62,717 bases of DNA, taken from sequence record SRR20825010_4822; one strand, written 5' to 3'. The translations under genes were made by a program, and so were the position numbers. Shown here piece by piece: positions 1 through 10,872 of this stretch. The notes under the pieces were generated by a model. It did not search any database. It saw nothing but the letters and a program-made list of their open reading frames with translations, and was not told the DNA's origin. Position 1 is the stretch's first letter; the number at the start of each line of letters is the position of its first letter.

Positions 1-819
1 AGGGCTGTGGCACAATCAATGCTGTCATGGTTGGTTATGATGACTTTTAGAAATGGAGAAATTCCTTACTTAAAAGACGCTTCAAAGGGAATTGCCCCTA
101 CAACCCAAGAGTTGTTAGATTATGCAAAACTATTGAGCGTTGACTGGAAAAAAGAGATATCTCTTTCAGATTCTGGGTATAGGAAATTTTCTAATGAGAA
201 TATGGAACTCATTGTAGATGTAGGGGCGATTACCCCTTCTTATCAGCCAGGACATGCGCATGCGGATGAGTTAAACTTTGTACTAAACCTTAAGGGAAAG
301 CCATTTATTGTTGATGTTGGTATTTCTACTTATGAGAAGAACCAACGAAGACAGTTAGAAAGGTCAACTATTTCTCATAACTGTGTTTCTTTAGGTAACA
401 CCAATTCCTCTGAAGTATGGGGAGGCTTTAGAGTTGCTAAACGTGCAAAGGTTCATGTATTGAATGATTCGATCTCTGAAATTGTGGCGGAGCATAATGG
501 ATTTGGAAAAAAAGGGCTAAGTGTTAAACGAAAATTCAGCGCTAGTCAAAGCGCTATTTACGTTGAAGATATTTTAAAGGGGAGCAGTTCATTGATCGAG
601 GATACAGTCTCTTCTCTGCATTTTCATCCCGATGTTAAGTTGAAAGTTTCAGGAAATGATATTTTTGCAGATAATATAAGGATTAAGTTAGAGGGCTTTC
701 GTTCCTTTGCACTTGAGAGTTACGAATATGCTGATGGTTTCAACCGTCTAATCGGAGCAAAAAAATTAGTACTGAAACCAAGTGAAACAAACCAAATAGA
801 AATTCAATATGCTGATTGA
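1..819 (+). CDS. Heparinase II/III-family protein, C-terminal part (5' truncated by window edge)
   Basis: Frame open from base 1; motifs PGHAHAD, IVDVG-STYE and RST-SHN typical of Hepar_II_III proteins in polysaccharide loci. Confidence 0.8.
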   Translation, partial: RAVAQSMLSWLVMMTFRNGEIPYLKDASKGIAPTTQELLDYAKLLSVDWKKEISLSDSGYRKFSNENMELIVDVGAITPSYQPGHAHADELNFVLNLKGKPFIVDVGISTYEKNQRRQLERSTISHNCVSLGNTNSSEVWGGFRVAKRAKVHVLNDSISEIVAEHNGFGKKGLSVKRKFSASQSAIYVEDILKGSSSLIEDTVSSLHFHPDVKLKVSGNDIFADNIRIKLEGFRSFALESYEYADGFNRLIGAKKLVLKPSETNQIEIQYAD

Positions 820-1894
820 TATTATTGCTGGGGCTCGCCCTAATTTCATGAAGATTGCACCAATAATTCACGCTATTCAAAAAGCTGAAGATAGTGGTTC
901 AAAACTGAAATATAGACTAGTCCACACTGGGCAGCATTATGATAAGAAGATGTCAGGTGACTTTTTTGAGCAACTCAATATTCCTCATCCGGATGTGAAT
1001 TTAGAGTCCGGTTCTGGAACCCAAGCAGAGCAAACCGCTAAGATCATGGTCAGGTATGAGGCCCTTCTATTAGAAAAGCCTTGTGATTTAACCTTGGTAG
1101 TTGGTGATGTAACCTCTACAATGGCCTGTTCGATTGCAGCAAAAAAATTAAACATTAAGGTGGCTCACGTGGAAGCAGGTATTCGCTCTTTTGATCTTTC
1201 GATGCCCGAAGAGATAAATAGAATGGTTACCGATAGTATAACGGACTACTTTTTTACTACCTCTGAACGAGCGAATAGTAATTTGAAAAGGGCTGGCGTT
1301 GAAGACGAGAGAATCTTTTTCGTGGGTAATACAATGATTGATACTTTGCTTAAGAATCGGTCGCGTTTTATGAGGCCTGAGGTTTGGGATGAATTAAAAC
1401 TTAAGGAGTCAAACTACATTGTGATGACCTTGCATAGACCTGCAAATGTTGATGAGGAGCATAAGTTAAAAGGTCTAATACAAGAAATTGTAGATCATTC
1501 TCAGGGAATGCCTCTAGTTTTTCCAATTCATCCAAGAACTGCTAAAGTTTTCGAAAACCTAGGGATCACACACGATAATTTACACCTGATCGAGCCACTT
1601 CCTTATTTGGAATTTAACTTCTTAGTGGAACGAGCGAAGGCTGTGATTACCGATTCAGGAGGGATAACGGAGGAGACAACAGTGATGGGCGTTCCGTGTA
1701 TGACCCTCAGGGATAATACTGAAAGACCAGAGACTTGTGAGCTAGGAACCAATGAGCTTTTAGGAACAAACCCAAAATCAATAGGGCCAGCGATGGCGAA
1801 GCTATTTTCAGGAAGTTGGAAGAAGGGGGAGATTCCAAAATTATGGGATGGAAAAACGGCAGAGAGGATAATAGAGTGCTTGAATAAATTATGA
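809..1894 (+). CDS. wecB: UDP-N-acetylglucosamine 2-epimerase (non-hydrolysing)
   Basis: GARPNFMK, HTGQHYD, HVEAGIRS, MPEEINR, TDSGG and RDNTERPE motifs. Confidence 0.93.
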   Translation: MLIDIIAGARPNFMKIAPIIHAIQKAEDSGSKLKYRLVHTGQHYDKKMSGDFFEQLNIPHPDVNLESGSGTQAEQTAKIMVRYEALLLEKPCDLTLVVGDVTSTMACSIAAKKLNIKVAHVEAGIRSFDLSMPEEINRMVTDSITDYFFTTSERANSNLKRAGVEDERIFFVGNTMIDTLLKNRSRFMRPEVWDELKLKESNYIVMTLHRPANVDEEHKLKGLIQEIVDHSQGMPLVFPIHPRTAKVFENLGITHDNLHLIEPLPYLEFNFLVERAKAVITDSGGITEETTVMGVPCMTLRDNTERPETCELGTNELLGTNPKSIGPAMAKLFSGSWKKGEIPKLWDGKTAERIIECLNKL

Positions 1895-3063
1895 AGATAC
1901 TTTATTTGACTTTTTATTTCGAACCAGACCTTTGTGCTGGATCATTTAGAAATACACCCTTGGCTTACGAGTTAAATAGAAAACTCAAAGAAGGTGATGA
2001 GGTTCATGTGATCACTACCATGCCAAATCGTTATAAGTCTTTCAAAGAAGACGCTCTTGAGGTTGAGCAAAGAGACAAACTATTTATTCAGCGAATCCCT
2101 ATTCCAGATCATCAAAGTGGTTTTTTGGATCAAATTAATTCGTTTAAAACATTTTTCTTTAATGCATTGAAGTTGACTAAAGGAAATCACTATGATTTGG
2201 TCTTTGCGTCCTCTTCACGTCTTTTTACGGCCTTTTTAGGGAAATATCTAGCGAACAAACATAAAGTCAAACTCTATCTTGATATCAGAGATATCTTTAC
2301 CGATACAATGAATGAGGTGCTCGAGAGCAGAGTATTGAAAATGCTCAGTTTGCCTGTTCTCAGAAAAGTAGAAAATTATACCTTTAAAAACGCCAACCAT
2401 ATTAACCTCGTATCAGGTGGTTTTGAAGGGTATTTTAAAAAATTCAAAAACCCATCATACTCATTCTTTACGAATGGAATTGACGATGAATTTTTAAATC
2501 TCCCTGAATCCCAAGAGAGACTTACTCGTCAATTCATCATAACCTATGCTGGTAATATTGGAGAGGGGCAGGGTTTACATAAAATTATACCCCAAGCGGC
2601 TAAGGAGCTAGGTGATAATTACAAGTTTGTGATTATTGGTGATGGGGGTGCAAAAGGCAAACTAATAGATCAAATTGAAAAAACAGGAAGTACCAATATT
2701 GAACTCGTTGAGCCACTGAGTAGAACTGCGCTGAAGGATTTTTATATGAAGTCCGACTTTCTTTTTCTCCATTTAAATGATTTTAAAGCTTTTGAAAAGG
2801 TGCTTCCATCAAAAATATTTGAGTACGGAGCCTATGATAAACCCATAATTGCAGGTGTTGCTGGGTTTTCAAATCATTTTATTCAAGAAAATTTAGAAAA
2901 TTATATTCTCTTTGCTCCTGGAGATGTTGAAGCATTTGTGACGAAGGTTAAGTCTTTTGAGTTCAAAAATCAAAGAAGATCAGCCTTCATATCTGCATTC
3001 AGCCGTAAGAATATAATGGAAAAAATGGCTGACAGTATAATTGCCAGTGCCAATAAAGGTTAG
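1891..3063 (+). CDS. GT4 glycosyltransferase (WbuB-like)
   Basis: YFEPD N-terminus, YAGNIGEGQGL, LPSKIFEY. Confidence 0.85.
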   Translation: MKILYLTFYFEPDLCAGSFRNTPLAYELNRKLKEGDEVHVITTMPNRYKSFKEDALEVEQRDKLFIQRIPIPDHQSGFLDQINSFKTFFFNALKLTKGNHYDLVFASSSRLFTAFLGKYLANKHKVKLYLDIRDIFTDTMNEVLESRVLKMLSLPVLRKVENYTFKNANHINLVSGGFEGYFKKFKNPSYSFFTNGIDDEFLNLPESQERLTRQFIITYAGNIGEGQGLHKIIPQAAKELGDNYKFVIIGDGGAKGKLIDQIEKTGSTNIELVEPLSRTALKDFYMKSDFLFLHLNDFKAFEKVLPSKIFEYGAYDKPIIAGVAGFSNHFIQENLENYILFAPGDVEAFVTKVKSFEFKNQRRSAFISAFSRKNIMEKMADSIIASANKG

Positions 3064-3071
3064 CAGGAGAT

Positions 3072-3926
3072 ATGAAGACAGTTCTTATTACGGGCGCATC
3101 TGGTTTTGTTGGGCAACGTTTTTGTGTCAATAATAGGGACAGATATTTAATAAAAACGGTTTCGCTCCAGAATGTTCAGATTGAAGGCTTAGATTTATCG
3201 GGGGTAGATGTAATTCTTCATTTGGCCGGAATTGCTCACCGAATGGAGAAGACAGATGACTCACTTTATTTCGAAGTGAACCACGAGTTAACTAAGAAAT
3301 TGGCAGAAGCCGCCAAGCAAGCCGGAGTAGGTCACTTTCTTTTTGTTAGTACAATTAAGGTATATGGAGATGATTATGAATTACTTACTCCAGAGACAGC
3401 ATGTAGGCCAAATGATGCCTATGGCAAGAGCAAGCTCATGGCTGAAGAGGCGCTTAAAAATGTAGAGTCTAAAGATTTTATAATTTCTATTGTTCGCCCA
3501 CCACTCATTTATGGGCAGGGTGTAAAGGGCAATATGCAGAAACTTATGGCCTTGGTTGAAAAGAGAAAATACATCCCATTAGGGAATATTAATAACAAGA
3601 GAAGTATGCTGGGGCTGGACAATTTTGTAGCTCTTTTAGATAGGGTAATAGAAACCAGTAAGTCAGGTACTTTTTTAATTCAAGACTCCAAACCAGTGTC
3701 TACTTCAAGACTAATCTCAGAAATTGCTAAAGGAAAGAACATTCGAATTAAGCTGATTTCAATTCCATGGCTGGTGAGATTTACGATAAAAAAAATTGCA
3801 CCTGAAATATATAAGAGGCTATTTGGCTCTCTCGTAGTCGATGATAGTGCAACAAGGAATATATTGGACTTTGAACCACCTTATTCATTTGAAGAAGGGA
3901 TTCGATTAATGGCTAAAAACAATTGA
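3072..3926 (+). CDS. NAD-dependent epimerase/dehydratase (SDR)
   Basis: GASGFVG, HLAGIAH, YGKSK, RPPLIYG. Confidence 0.88.
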   Translation: MKTVLITGASGFVGQRFCVNNRDRYLIKTVSLQNVQIEGLDLSGVDVILHLAGIAHRMEKTDDSLYFEVNHELTKKLAEAAKQAGVGHFLFVSTIKVYGDDYELLTPETACRPNDAYGKSKLMAEEALKNVESKDFIISIVRPPLIYGQGVKGNMQKLMALVEKRKYIPLGNINNKRSMLGLDNFVALLDRVIETSKSGTFLIQDSKPVSTSRLISEIAKGKNIRIKLISIPWLVRFTIKKIAPEIYKRLFGSLVVDDSATRNILDFEPPYSFEEGIRLMAKNN

Positions 3927-3927
3927 A

Positions 3928-5148
3928 ATGAGTAAATTATTCAATATTGATCGATTTATATCAGAGTATGTAACCGAGAGAAAACAGAGCCTTTTCTCAA
4001 AGGATTTGTTGACTTTTCATGAAAGGCTAACAGAAAAAACAGAAGGAAGATCGGCCTTGGTTATTGGAGGAGCAGGGACTATTGGCTCATCTTTTATAAA
4101 AGCACTCCTAAAATTTAATATTAGTAAGCTTTACGTTGTTGATATTAATGAAAACGGTTTAACAGAACTTGTTAGAGATCTTCGAAGTTCGGTGGGACTT
4201 AATGTGCCTAATGACCTTAAAACGTATCCTATAAGTTTTTCGGATCCTGTCTTTAAGAAGATGTTCCTTGCATCAGTTCCTTTTGACATTGTTGCTAATT
4301 TTGCAGCTCACAAACATGTGAGAAGTGAAAAAGATCATTATTCCATCGAGGCAATGATTCAAAATAATGTGCTCAAGGCCAAAGGACTTTTAGATCTTTT
4401 GGTTCAAAACCCTCCAGAACACTTCTTTTGCGTCTCAACGGATAAAGCTGCAAACCCCGTAAATGTTATGGGGGCGAGTAAAAAGCTAATGGAGGATTTA
4501 ATTCTTGCCTACTCTGATAGATTACAAATTTCAACAGCAAGGTTTGCCAATGTTGCGTTTTCTAACGGTAGTCTTCCTTTTGGTTTCATGGAGAGGTTGG
4601 CCAAACAACAACCTTTTTCTAGCCCATTGAATATTAAAAGGTATTTTGTGTCACCCGAAGAGTCAGGACAAATTTGCCTTTTAGCTTGTCTTTTAGGTGA
4701 TTCTGGAGAAATATTCTTTCCAAAGCTAGACTATAACAAGAACATGAAAACGTTTTCGTCTATAGCGATAAGTTTGTTAAAAGAATTGGGCTTTGAAGCA
4801 GATGTATGCTCAACAGAGGGTGAGGCGAGAGAAAAAGCTTCACAGCTGCAAACTAACTCTAGTACTTATCCAGTATATTTTTTCGAATCGAATACCTCAG
4901 GTGAAAAGTCTTTTGAAGAGTTTTATACTGACGATGAGCAGCTGGATGTTGATAGCTTCTCTGGTTTGGGAGTAATAAAGAATACAAAAAGGAAATCAGC
5001 TGAAGAATTAATGAAAATATTTTCTAATCTAGAGTCAACATTCAATTCAGAAACGATATCAAAGGCGAGTGTGGTTCAGGTTTTGAAGGCATATCTTCCT
5101 AATTTTGATCATATCGAAAAGGGTAAAAACCTGGATCAAAGCATGTAA
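3928..5148 (+). CDS. CapD-like UDP-GlcNAc 4,6-dehydratase (soluble, short form)
   Basis: GGAGTIGS, AAHKHV, STDKAANPVNVMGASK, RFANV. Confidence 0.85.
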   Translation: MSKLFNIDRFISEYVTERKQSLFSKDLLTFHERLTEKTEGRSALVIGGAGTIGSSFIKALLKFNISKLYVVDINENGLTELVRDLRSSVGLNVPNDLKTYPISFSDPVFKKMFLASVPFDIVANFAAHKHVRSEKDHYSIEAMIQNNVLKAKGLLDLLVQNPPEHFFCVSTDKAANPVNVMGASKKLMEDLILAYSDRLQISTARFANVAFSNGSLPFGFMERLAKQQPFSSPLNIKRYFVSPEESGQICLLACLLGDSGEIFFPKLDYNKNMKTFSSIAISLLKELGFEADVCSTEGEAREKASQLQTNSSTYPVYFFESNTSGEKSFEEFYTDDEQLDVDSFSGLGVIKNTKRKSAEELMKIFSNLESTFNSETISKASVVQVLKAYLPNFDHIEKGKNLDQSM

Positions 5149-5150
5149 CT

Positions 5151-5816
5151 ATGTATAAATTTTTTAAAAGGCTTTTAGACATGACTGTTGCTTTTATAGC
5201 AATAATAATTCTTCTCCCACTATTACTCCCAATTATGATAGGACTTAAATTGACGGGTGAAGGGTACATATTTTATAAGCAGAAGAGAATAGGGCTGAAT
5301 AACAAGTATTTTGAGATTCTTAAGTTTGCGACCATGCTTAAGGATAGCCCTAATATGGGCTCAGGCTCTATCACGTTAAGGAATGACCCTAGAGTTACCC
5401 CAATGGGTGGGTTTTTGAGGAAAACAAAGATCAATGAACTGCCTCAAATATTTAACATATTGTTGGGGGATATAAGTTTAGTGGGGCCAAGGCCATTGGT
5501 TGATAAAACATTTAACGCCTATTCTGAAGAGGTGAGAGCACTCGTATACAATGTGAAGCCAGGCCTAACGGGTATTGGCTCAATTGTTTTTAGAGATGAG
5601 GAGTCCCTTATATCTAATAGCAATTTAGATCCCCATACCTATTATGAAAATACTATCGCTCCATATAAAGGCAAGTTAGAGCTATGGTATCAAGAAAGAG
5701 CTTCAATTTGGGTGGACTTTAAAATCATATTTCTGACAGCTTGGGTAATATTCTTCTCAAGCTCGGACTTACCCTATAAGGTATTTAAGTCTCTTCCTTC
5801 CAAACCATCTTTTTAA
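5151..5816 (+). CDS. Monotopic phosphoglycosyl transferase (Bac_transf)
   Basis: KRLLD, KFATM, DPRVT, NELPQ, SLVGPRP, KPGLTG. Confidence 0.9.
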   Translation: MYKFFKRLLDMTVAFIAIIILLPLLLPIMIGLKLTGEGYIFYKQKRIGLNNKYFEILKFATMLKDSPNMGSGSITLRNDPRVTPMGGFLRKTKINELPQIFNILLGDISLVGPRPLVDKTFNAYSEEVRALVYNVKPGLTGIGSIVFRDEESLISNSNLDPHTYYENTIAPYKGKLELWYQERASIWVDFKIIFLTAWVIFFSSSDLPYKVFKSLPSKPSF

Positions 5817-5905
5817 TACGAAGGGCCTCAGTTATTTATTAATTGATCCTTCGCCTTTCAATACTTGGTTTAACTGTTTAACTTTACAAAGAATAACAGA
5901 ATTGA

Positions 5906-7033
5906 ATGGAACAGTTTTTTCTACTGGGAGGTACTTCATTTTTAATAACTTTTTTGATCTTTCCGGTTTTTATCAAGGCGTTCAAAAAACGTAACTTTTT
6001 AGATACCCCAGGAGGACGAAAGATTCATACAGTACATACGCCTTCGATGGGTGGATTGGCAATTTTTATTGGGTTCACAATCTCGCTTTTTATTTGGATG
6101 CCTTTTGACGGACTTAAAGAGATCAAGTACGTAATTAGTGCCTTAACCATAATGTTCATAATTGGCTTTAGAGATGATTTGATTAACCTTAGGGCATTCC
6201 AGAAACTTCTTGGCCAAATTGCATCAACACTCATTATAGTAGCAGTCTGCGATATCAGGCTCGTTTCTCTTTATGGAATTTTTGGAGTGTATGAGATTCC
6301 AACGATTTTTAGCTATATCCTCTCAGTATTTACGATAATTGTTATAACAAATGCTTACAACCTCATTGATGGAATTGATGGCTTGGCAGGCTCAATTGGT
6401 ATAATTAGCACCTTGTTTTTTGGCATCTGGTTCTACCTAGTAGGTGCTGATGCATACGCTTTTCTTTCTTTTTCTTTGTTAGGTGGCTTGTTAGCTTTCC
6501 TACAATTTAACTGGGCTCCGTCAAAAGTATTTATGGGTGATACTGGCTCTTTGATGATTGGCTTTTTTCTATCTATAGTATCCATAAAATTTATTGATTT
6601 AAACTTCAATCTCCAAGCAGCGCATCCATTCCGATTTGATTCATTTGTTGGGCCAGCTATAGGGGTCTTAATTGTACCGCTTTATGATACTTTGAGAGTG
6701 TTTATCAAGAGAATGCTGAGAGGGAAGTCTCCAATGCATCCAGATAGGACTCATTTACACCATATCCTTCTTCGTTTGGGTTGCAACCACGCACAAGCTA
6801 CGGGTATTTTGGTAACGGTAAACGTGATTTTTGTTTTATTGACTTTGGTATTAAAAGGTTTTTCAGATGCAATTGTGCTCCCTGCGCTTATTGTTACTGC
6901 ATTAACTTTGGGTACAATTACTGAGCTTATTTTCAAATCTATGATTGATAAGCGTAAGGAAGAACTGAAGGAAAGAAATAGAACTTATAGAAAAGAAGCG
7001 AAAGTAGTATCAATTACAAAGTCGGTAGGCTAA
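5906..7033 (+). CDS. wecA: WecA/MraY-family undecaprenyl-phosphate HexNAc-1-phosphate transferase
   Basis: Polytopic; [30 protein letters not shown]. Confidence 0.85.
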   Translation: MEQFFLLGGTSFLITFLIFPVFIKAFKKRNFLDTPGGRKIHTVHTPSMGGLAIFIGFTISLFIWMPFDGLKEIKYVISALTIMFIIGFRDDLINLRAFQKLLGQIASTLIIVAVCDIRLVSLYGIFGVYEIPTIFSYILSVFTIIVITNAYNLIDGIDGLAGSIGIISTLFFGIWFYLVGADAYAFLSFSLLGGLLAFLQFNWAPSKVFMGDTGSLMIGFFLSIVSIKFIDLNFNLQAAHPFRFDSFVGPAIGVLIVPLYDTLRVFIKRMLRGKSPMHPDRTHLHHILLRLGCNHAQATGILVTVNVIFVLLTLVLKGFSDAIVLPALIVTALTLGTITELIFKSMIDKRKEELKERNRTYRKEAKVVSITKSVG

Positions 7034-7131
7034 AAAACGAAACCATTAGAGTAGAATGCTTTAACAGCTAAACATTCTTATGTTTGGCTTTTCTTTTATC
7101 TTGCATACGAATTAGACGGATTAACCAACAA

Positions 7132-9711
7132 ATGGGGCAAAAAATCAAATATTCATTTCTTATTCTGGGACTGTTAACCCTGTTTTTTAACCAGCCGGCA
7201 ATGGCTCAAGCATTGCCTGATTTTACTGCTATTAAGGTTGACGAGCTTTCAGATGAGCAAATCCAAAGTATGATGCAGAAGGCATCTTCAATGGGGTATT
7301 CACAACAAGATTTGTTTGCTGCTGCTCAGGGGCAAGGTGTGTCATTGGCCGAAATATCAAAACTGGGTCAAAGGATGAATAAAATACAAAGTTCCAGAGT
7401 ATCTAAGGCTGAATCAGCTCCAACGGGAAGATCTAATCGAACCAATATGGAAGCATTGATTTCTGAAAATCAGCCTTTATTACCCTCTGAGATATTTGGT
7501 TTGTCCATCTTTCAGAATGGTAATGCCAAAAATGGTTTTGTATCGAATCTGAATATCCCGACTCCAGAAAACTATGTGCTAGGTGCAGGAGATGAGATTT
7601 TCATTGATATTTATGGAAGCTCAGAACAATACTATCAGTCTGTAATTAACCCTGAGGGAAGTATTATTCTGGAAAATTTTGGGCCTATATTCTTATCGGG
7701 ACTAAATGTTAAAGCTGCTGAGGCCAAGATAAAAAATAAACTTGCCAAGGTAATTACTGATTTGGAAGGAGAATCTCCCTCAACCTTCATCTCTGTTACT
7801 TTAGGAAGGGTTAAGTCAATTGATATCACAGTGGTGGGTGAAGTTGCTGTTCCAGGTACATATACCATGAGTGCATTTAGTACAGTATTTAATGCGTTGT
7901 ATTCCGTGGGTGGTGTAACCGAAAATGGCACACTCAGAAATATAAAAGTGTTTAGGGAAGATAAATTGATCGCTCAACTTGATGCTTATGATTTTTTAAT
8001 TTCAGGAGATAGCAAGAGTAATATACGACTTCAGAGTAATGATATAATTGTTATCGACCCATATACCAATCGTACCACAATTAGTGGCGCGGTAAAAAGA
8101 CCAGCTATTTATGAATTGAAGGAGAACGAATCCCTTTCAGATCTAATTAGGTATGCTGGTGGGTTTAACGAGAATGCTTTTTCGGAACAAATAAATGTGG
8201 TTAGGAATGTGGGTAAAGAGAAAGTGGTTGCCGATGTTTTTGAGAATCAGTATGCCGTTTTTACTCCCAAACCAGGTGATGTTTATCAAGTTAAACGCGT
8301 CTTGGATCGCTTCTCAAATCGAGTTCAAATTAAGGGAGCTGTTTTCCGCCCAGGACAGTACTCAATTTCTGGAGAGCTAACAGCCAAACAACTTATTGAA
8401 AAGGCTGATGGATTAAAGGGTGATGCTAGCCTGAGCAGGGCTTTAATTATTAGAACAAATTCTGATTTATCTACAGAGACTATATCCATCAGTTTGAAGA
8501 GCTTAATGAATGGAACTTCAAATGATGTTCAATTGCAGCGTGAAGATGTTGTTCAAATATTTTCGATATATGATTTGAAAGAGGAGAGTTATGTAGAGGT
8601 TTCAGGGGAGGTAAACTCTGGTGGAATCTTTAGGTTTTCAAATCAAATGACGATTGAGGATATCTTGATATTGGCTGGGGGCTTTAAGTCTTCAGCATCT
8701 GAATCAAAAATTGAAATCACACGAAGATCCGGTGATGCCAAAGTTGGAAATGTATCGGAGGTCTTTGTTGTAGACGTTGATAGAAATCTGTCGCTTAATA
8801 CCTCAGATAAAACTTTTGAACTTCAGCCCTTTGATCATGTCATTGTAAGAAAGAACCCCAATTTCTATGTTCAGAAATTTGTAGCCATAGAAGGCGAGGT
8901 AGCCTATCCGGGTAATTATGCCATAATGAATCAAACGGAGAGGATATCAAGCCTTTTGAAGCGTGCAGGAGGTGTAAATAAGTATGCATATATAGAGGGG
9001 GCTACTTTACTAAGAAAAACCGAATTCCATTCAGAGATAAGCAATATTGAACAGAAAGTTCAGGCATTGGAAGCACTCCTCGATAGGTATGCCGAAGGAG
9101 ACCCGTCCTTATCTGAATCGGAGTTGGCACAAGTGGCTAGGCTTAATCAGCAGCTTAATGAGCTTGATAAACAAAACTTAGACACTGAAGGAGACCCATT
9201 CTACGCGAAAAAGGAAAGGCTCAGGGAAATTGTTCAACGAAATGCTCTTTTTGGAGATGTGCAACTGGGTGACTCTGACGCTATTGGAATCGACCTGAGG
9301 AAAATTATTGATACTCCGAAATCTAAATTTGACCTTATTCTTGAGGAAGGTGATGTGCTTGTTCTCCCGAAACAGCAAGAAACGGTCAGGTTAAGAGGTA
9401 GAGTGCTTTATCCTACCACAGTGGTTTATGAACCTAACCGAAACGTCAAGCACTTTATCAACTTGGCGGGAGGCTTTGGTAATAGAGCTCAACGTAAAGA
9501 CACGCATGTGATTTACGCCAATGGGAAAGTAGCGAAGACAAAAAAATTCTTGTTTTTCAAATTTTATCCTCGTGTATCACCAGGTGCTGAAATTATCGTT
9601 CCTTCCAAGCCACTTAAATTGCCATTTGCTATTTCTGAGGTTGTTGGTATCACTAGCGGCTTAGCCACTTTAGCTCTTCTTATTAGTCAAATCAATTTTT
9701 CCGGAAAATGA
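7132..9711 (+). CDS. SLBB-repeat polysaccharide export protein (KpsD/Wza-like)
   Basis: YVLGAGDE Poly_export motif and repeated V-G-V--PG-Y/AGG SLBB units; start moved to ATG 7132 because a signal peptide follows and TATGTTTG lies at 7079-7086. Confidence 0.85.
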   Translation: MGQKIKYSFLILGLLTLFFNQPAMAQALPDFTAIKVDELSDEQIQSMMQKASSMGYSQQDLFAAAQGQGVSLAEISKLGQRMNKIQSSRVSKAESAPTGRSNRTNMEALISENQPLLPSEIFGLSIFQNGNAKNGFVSNLNIPTPENYVLGAGDEIFIDIYGSSEQYYQSVINPEGSIILENFGPIFLSGLNVKAAEAKIKNKLAKVITDLEGESPSTFISVTLGRVKSIDITVVGEVAVPGTYTMSAFSTVFNALYSVGGVTENGTLRNIKVFREDKLIAQLDAYDFLISGDSKSNIRLQSNDIIVIDPYTNRTTISGAVKRPAIYELKENESLSDLIRYAGGFNENAFSEQINVVRNVGKEKVVADVFENQYAVFTPKPGDVYQVKRVLDRFSNRVQIKGAVFRPGQYSISGELTAKQLIEKADGLKGDASLSRALIIRTNSDLSTETISISLKSLMNGTSNDVQLQREDVVQIFSIYDLKEESYVEVSGEVNSGGIFRFSNQMTIEDILILAGGFKSSASESKIEITRRSGDAKVGNVSEVFVVDVDRNLSLNTSDKTFELQPFDHVIVRKNPNFYVQKFVAIEGEVAYPGNYAIMNQTERISSLLKRAGGVNKYAYIEGATLLRKTEFHSEISNIEQKVQALEALLDRYAEGDPSLSESELAQVARLNQQLNELDKQNLDTEGDPFYAKKERLREIVQRNALFGDVQLGDSDAIGIDLRKIIDTPKSKFDLILEEGDVLVLPKQQETVRLRGRVLYPTTVVYEPNRNVKHFINLAGGFGNRAQRKDTHVIYANGKVAKTKKFLFFKFYPRVSPGAEIIVPSKPLKLPFAISEVVGITSGLATLALLISQINFSGK

Positions 9712-10778
9712 GTGAACATCACCATATTAATGAAGAGCGAATATCTATTGCTGGCCTAATACGGAATTTTCAGGCATGGGTAAAAGCTATGTTCAGCGCA
9801 TGGTTGAAAATTATTGCTGGTGCCATTGTTATTGGAGGACTATTTTTTCTTTATCAGTCGGTTAGAAAAACAAATTATAGGGCCGAAACTACATTTACAC
9901 TTGAAGATGAATCTGGTGGAGGTTTAGGGCAGTTATCTTCTCTAGCTTCTTTGGCTGGAGTTAATGTAGGGGGCTCATTAGGAGGAGAGAGTACCCTTTT
10001 TCAGCTAGATAATATTACGGAACTCTATATGTCATACACCATGATGAAGGAGACGCTTTTGGCAAAAAGTGAATCGGAAATCGGTGTTGAAAGACTTATA
10101 ACCTGGTATGGTCGTGAAAATAAACTGGACAAAAAGTGGGCAAAGGTTGGAATCAGTTTTGAGATGCCTGAAGACAATATGATTGTGAGGCATGACAGTG
10201 TTTTAAAGGAGGTGGTTAAAGATATTAGGAAAAGAAACCTTGTCGTATCAAAGCCCAGCCGTAAACTGAGTATATTAAGTGTAGCATACACCTCTAATGA
10301 TGAATTGTTTTCTAAAAAGTTTAATGAAACTTTAGTTCAGCATGTAAACGAGTTTTATAAAGCAGCGAAAACAAAAAAGACTAGTGAAAATTTAAAGGTA
10401 TTGGCCTATCAGGCAGATAGTGTTAAAAAGGTTTTAGATCAGTCCTTAAATGATTTAGCTCAGTTTGATGAGCGCAACCCTTACCTTAATTCTTTGAAGT
10501 CTATGGCATATGTGCCTAGGCAAAAAATAATGATAGATGTTCAAGCTTCATCAGCTGTTTATGAAGAGATTGTCAAAAATTTAGAAATTGCGAAGATCTC
10601 TAACCGAAATAATACACCTCTAATACAGGAAATAGATAAGCCTATTTTACCACTAGAAGACGATCATATGAAGTGGTATAAGGCTTTGGTGATTGGCTTG
10701 TTTTTAGGGGGGATTATAATGGTGGGGTACTTTACTTTAATGCGAATTTACACGTCTGTTATGAGTCAAGAAGATTGA
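9708..10778 (+). CDS. wzz: Wzz-like polysaccharide co-polymerase / chain-length regulator (no kinase domain)
   Basis: N- and C-terminal TM helices, LASLAG motif, coiled-coil middle, Pro-rich IDKPILP before the last TM. Confidence 0.75.
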   Translation: MSEHHHINEERISIAGLIRNFQAWVKAMFSAWLKIIAGAIVIGGLFFLYQSVRKTNYRAETTFTLEDESGGGLGQLSSLASLAGVNVGGSLGGESTLFQLDNITELYMSYTMMKETLLAKSESEIGVERLITWYGRENKLDKKWAKVGISFEMPEDNMIVRHDSVLKEVVKDIRKRNLVVSKPSRKLSILSVAYTSNDELFSKKFNETLVQHVNEFYKAAKTKKTSENLKVLAYQADSVKKVLDQSLNDLAQFDERNPYLNSLKSMAYVPRQKIMIDVQASSAVYEEIVKNLEIAKISNRNNTPLIQEIDKPILPLEDDHMKWYKALVIGLFLGGIIMVGYFTLMRIYTSVMSQED

Positions 10779-10872
10779 TTTAATTCTCACATAATTTTAA
10801 TCAGGAGCCCCGCTAGTTATCAAAGAGGTTAGAAAAATAATTAAGAGCGTTTCTTTCGCTAACTTCTTTCAC